IMG/VR virus record: IMGVR_UViG_2639762982_000013
Location: 1-10,043 of that record
From: a virus
Taxonomy: Duplodnaviria; Heunggongvirae; Uroviricota; Caudoviricetes
DNA length: 10,043 nucleotides
Strand: one strand, 5' to 3'
In this document: positions 7,392 through 10,043 of the stretch, in pieces
Numbering within the stretch: the stretch's first letter is position 1
Layout of the letters: each line of letters opens with the position of its first letter
Notes under the pieces: model-generated
What the model was told of the DNA's origin: nothing
What the model saw: the letters and a program-made list of their open reading frames with translations, nothing else
Database searches by the model: none
Made by a program: the position numbers and the translations under genes

Positions 7392-7406
7392 TTACCTTAA
7401 AGGTAA
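7392..7406. promoter_or_regulatory. Palindromic site D (TTACC-TTAAA-GGTAA)
   Basis: Perfect palindrome about 43 bp upstream of the ATG at 7449, the first gene of the low-GC two-gene module. Confidence 0.4.
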
Positions 7407-7448
7407 ACCTGTTTTTATTTTATACCTGTAACTTACCGGAGATTAAAG

Positions 7449-7775
7449 ATGACAAAACTTGGATTCGTGATGAGAGGTCCGGTAAGAAGCGGAACTCATG
7501 CAAAGCGTAGCAAGAGTCGTATTTTTACTGGTAAGGTTGTAGCACGTAAATCAGCTATTGGCTCGTTCAATAGTGAAAATGCGGCATTGCGCCATATTTT
7601 TATCAGCACAAAGCCAAGAGCATCCGCTGATGTGCATACAATGTCTATTCCTATCACAAAGAATATAAAGCGGATAAAAAAGCTCTCATCTGCAGAATCA
7701 AAAGAGATATCTTTCCGCCAGCTTAACTCATTAGAAACGCATATGAAGGAAGAGGAATTCGATGTTTTTGAGTGA
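7449..7775 (+). CDS. Small highly basic protein, candidate antitoxin / partner of the downstream YafO-like protein
   Basis: 108 aa, SD GGAG 8 nt upstream. Very K/R-rich N-terminal two thirds and an acidic C-terminal tail (EEEFDVFE). Overlaps the downstream gene by 14 nt. No recognisable Phd/YefM or other antitoxin fold from sequence. Confidence 0.5.
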   Translation: MTKLGFVMRGPVRSGTHAKRSKSRIFTGKVVARKSAIGSFNSENAALRHIFISTKPRASADVHTMSIPITKNIKRIKKLSSAESKEISFRQLNSLETHMKEEEFDVFE

Positions 7776-8274
7776 GTATAGCGGGAAGGTTATACCTACT
7801 GGTGAGTTTAAAACTGATGACTTTCTGATTTCGCTAAAAGATGCTTTTAAACAACACTGGCGTCATGGTCATCATCCTGATCTGGGAAAAGATACTCTTT
7901 TTGAAAGACCAGACGAAGTATTAGGCTTCCATCTCAGAAAGGTTCATGTCAATATTGGTGAATATGCATCATATTCATACTCATGTACTGAACAGTGTTG
8001 GGATGAGTGGTCATATGGATTGATTGATGAACAAGGAAATTACAGGCCAAAACCAACCAGTAACGCATATCTCATATATGCAGTCAATGAAATAAGAGAT
8101 GCAGCCTTACTAGCTTATTGGGACCCGCCCGCACACACCAAAGCTAACGCAAAAGTTTGGATGGATTCCGTATTGAATTTCACAAAATTATTTCATGAAC
8201 GAACGAATACAGCCCCACTTAGTAGAAATGTTTATCCGTGGGATTATTCGTACAAATCCAAAAAGCCTGCATAG
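7762..8274 (+). CDS. YafO-like toxin-domain protein (putative ribosome-dependent mRNA interferase)
   Basis: 170 aa with a strong SD (AGGAAGAGGA). From memory of E. coli YafO, the motifs align: PDLGKDTLFE / FHLRKVHVNI / AYLIYAV…AALLAYWDPPAHTKA versus YafO PDIFGRDALYD / FERVAHIHLA / AHLVYCQ…AWLLIAILKPEPHKLA. About 40 aa longer than YafO. Local GC is about 38-40% against about 50% in the flanks. Confidence 0.55.
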   Translation: MFLSEYSGKVIPTGEFKTDDFLISLKDAFKQHWRHGHHPDLGKDTLFERPDEVLGFHLRKVHVNIGEYASYSYSCTEQCWDEWSYGLIDEQGNYRPKPTSNAYLIYAVNEIRDAALLAYWDPPAHTKANAKVWMDSVLNFTKLFHERTNTAPLSRNVYPWDYSYKSKKPA

Positions 8275-8355
8275 TAGTTTTTTATGGACGAAACAAAAGT
8301 CAGTGCTACACTCATTGACGCCACATTGAGGTGGCTTATAGATGGAAATGTCACA

Positions 8356-8517
8356 ATGAAAAAAGCATTTGCTGCACTGTTCGTTTTGTTGTCTCTGGTA
8401 GCTTCAACTCAGGCCTTTGCCGGTCGTTGTCAGCACGACAGCGATACTGCCGCTGACGGCTCCCGCTGCGGTGGGCGTTCTGCGGATTCCCGCCCGGGCG
8501 GTGGTGGCATTCGTTAA
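8356..8517 (+). CDS. Small secreted Cys/Gly-rich peptide (hypothetical)
   Basis: Internal Met of the 77-aa ORF gives MKKAFAALFVLLSLVASTQAFA/GRCQ…, a canonical Sec signal peptide with AxA cleavage site and a ~31-aa mature peptide containing 2 Cys and a Gly-rich tail. Weak SD; local GC is high. Confidence 0.4.
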   Translation: MKKAFAALFVLLSLVASTQAFAGRCQHDSDTAADGSRCGGRSADSRPGGGGIR

Positions 8518-8522
8518 AAACA

Positions 8523-8540
8523 AGGCCGCGAAAGCGGCCT
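8523..8540. terminator. Bidirectional rho-independent terminator (mainly for the minus-strand membrane-protein gene)
   Basis: AGGCCGC-gaaa-GCGGCCT, near-identical stem to the terminator at 5523-5542. On the minus strand it is followed by TTTTTAAC. Confidence 0.55.
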
Positions 8541-8548
8541 GTGACATG

Positions 8549-8845
8549 TCACACTCTTTTTCTGAATGATAGCCATTCGAAAAATGATGACATTCCACCG
8601 CAGACAATAGCAAAGATGATCCCACCAAAGAATAGAAGGCCAGCCTGCCACCACTCCCACCGCCATACATCCACAGCGCCAACCATACCAACAATCGCTC
8701 CAACAAATGGAATATAGCTCACGATGAAAGCAATGGGGGCTGCAATTATCCAGTGCAATCCCCACCATGATTCAAGCCCAGCCATAATTGCTGCCAACTG
8801 AAAAAGACCAACGACGATATAAACAATGAATCCTATCGCTTGCAT
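8549..8845 (-). CDS. Small Trp-rich integral membrane protein (3 predicted TM helices), function unknown
   Basis: 98 aa, hydrophobic throughout with a WRWEWW motif. The terminator lies immediately downstream. A possible 50-codon hydrophobic ORF with a GTG start (8858-9010) sits 14 nt upstream. Confidence 0.6.
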   Translation of the reverse strand: MQAIGFIVYIVVGLFQLAAIMAGLESWWGLHWIIAAPIAFIVSYIPFVGAIVGMVGAVDVWRWEWWQAGLLFFGGIIFAIVCGGMSSFFEWLSFRKRV

Positions 8846-9040
8846 GTAGTTACCTATTTACCCAGTAAAAATCAGAGGCCTCCCCTCAATAAGGCTTGCA
8901 ACAAGAACTACTCCCTGCACAACAAAGATGAACCAGCAAATAGCTTGAGTCTGAGGGTTAAGAAAATATTTGTAGCGGTCAATAAATAACAGTCCACCAG
9001 AAATTATCACACTCAAAATAATTAAAAACACAACACTTCC

Positions 9041-9865
9041 TTATTGCGGAGTGACATCCTGAGGTCGCCACCAGTATGTCTGGTTAAACTCTTTCTTCGA
9101 ACGTTGCTCCATTTTACGCAAATAGCCTGGTGAAAAATACTCCTGCATCTGGTTAAAGATCATGTGATCGAGAGCCGCCTTCAAGTACCAGAGATTCGCA
9201 CCAGGCATCAAACCTTTCCCCAGCTTCACCAGATCACCACCAGTCTGCTCACTCTTCCCTTCCACAGCATTTAACGGTATGCCCTGAGCAATCTTCACTA
9301 CGTCATCAACCAGACCAGCTACCGGGCCAAGCATCGACGCCAGCGCGCCGCTTCCGTACCTAGTGTGATCTGACAATAAAAAGTCACCGTAAAGGCCAAG
9401 ACCACCACCTTTCAGTAGAGCACCAAGCCAAAATTTAGCAGCATCTTCTCCTGTCATCTCGCGAGGATTACGACCAGACGCAAGGTCGTTAAGTTGCTGC
9501 GACAAAGCGCCAAGAATGGTCGTACTGGCAATAAACGTCGCAATATATGCCGCACGCCCACCAGCAGACGGCATACCCATAGCGCGTGACCAGTGACGCA
9601 TAACCACCGAGATAGGGAACGATTTAAACAGGAAAACACTTCTCGTTAATTCACCTTTCCATGTTCCACGCTGAATACCAGAACCGGTTATCAGTTGCTC
9701 ACGTGCTCCCGGTGTAATAACAGCCATATCAACTTCTTCAGTTACGGCACCGAGCAGTTTACGCATTGCCTCAAATTTCACGCGTTCAGGCTCACCAAGA
9801 TGTTTAACTGCTGAATCAGGGATACGCATAATGCTTTCCGGTGTCAGCATCGTATTATTACCGTT
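9041..9865 (-). pseudogene. 3' fragment of a phage protein (possibly virion/ejection-associated) truncated by IS2 insertion
   Basis: The 283-aa ORF listed from 9892 takes its first 9 codons (MSGNIGANP) from inside the IS2 terminal repeat. The native reading frame continues upstream across the IS boundary at 9865/9866, so the N-terminal part of the gene lies beyond IS2. No family recognised. Confidence 0.55.
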
Positions 9866-10043
9866 TGGATTTGCCCCTATATTTCCAGACACCTGTTATC
9901 ACTTAACCCATTACTGGCTTGCTGCCGTAGATATTCCCGTGGCGAGCGATAACCCAGTGCACTATGCGGATGCCATTCGTTATAATGCTCGAATGCCTCT
10001 GCAAGGTTCTTTGCTGCCGTTAACCCGTCTGGTTTGGGCATGA
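9866..10043 (-). mobile_element. IS2 (IS3 family), partial: right terminal repeat and 3' end of the transposase; the element continues beyond the window
   Basis: The reverse complement of 9866-9908 reads GGTTAAGTGATAACAGGTGTCTGGAAATATAGGGGCAAATCCA, which matches the IS2 right end as I recall it. The adjoining ORF encodes an IS3-family transposase C-terminus. Confidence 0.8.
9877..10043 (-). CDS. insD: IS2 transposase OrfB (InsD) C-terminal end, partial
   Basis: Minus-strand translation …[54 protein letters not shown] with stop at 9877-9879. The motif [13 protein letters not shown] is characteristic of the IS3-family integrase C-terminus. The 5' part is outside the window. Confidence 0.8.
   Translation of the reverse strand, partial: MPKPDGLTAAKNLAEAFEHYNEWHPHSALGYRSPREYLRQQASNGLSDNRCLEI

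Noticed and set aside
8404-8768. 100-aa and 84-aa minus-strand ORFs overlapping 8549-8845 and the secreted-peptide gene
   Set aside because: Alternate frames of the membrane-protein gene and the GC-rich peptide region, with no start context. The 98-aa frame is the coherent hydrophobic one.
9866-9892. ATG at 9892 as the true start of the 283-aa protein
   Set aside because: These first codons lie inside the IS2 terminal repeat. The ORF is a fusion created by the insertion, not the native start.
1-10043. CRISPR array, tRNA or rRNA genes
   Set aside because: No tandem direct repeats with regular spacers and no cloverleaf-like conserved tRNA segments were seen. The repeated palindromes are single, dispersed sites and not an array.

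Overview
The window is the junction between an E. coli-type chromosome and one end of a prophage that is probably defective, since an IS2 copy truncates a phage gene at the right edge. Positions 1-1071 carry two host envelope genes (YfgH-like lipoprotein, YfgI-like periplasmic protein) ending in a bidirectional terminator; phage DNA starts somewhere in 1144-1267. On the minus strand follow a tightly overlapping lysis cassette (two membrane proteins, GH19 endolysin, i-spanin with embedded o-spanin; 1268-3089) and a tail fibre gene (3302-5065). Positions 5.1-9.0 kb are a mosaic accessory region and the best place to look for something new: a near-consensus LexA box in front of a small gene whose product matches the C-terminal domain of a nearby AntA-type antirepressor, a membrane-anchored tandem zinc-ribbon protein, a structured leader with a terminator, a low-GC two-gene module ending in a YafO-like toxin, a small secreted peptide and a Trp-rich membrane protein. 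A 15-bp palindrome family (TTACC-N5-GGTAA) recurs five times in intergenic regions and may mark a shared regulon. All homology calls are from reading the translations and from memory of protein families; no database search was run.
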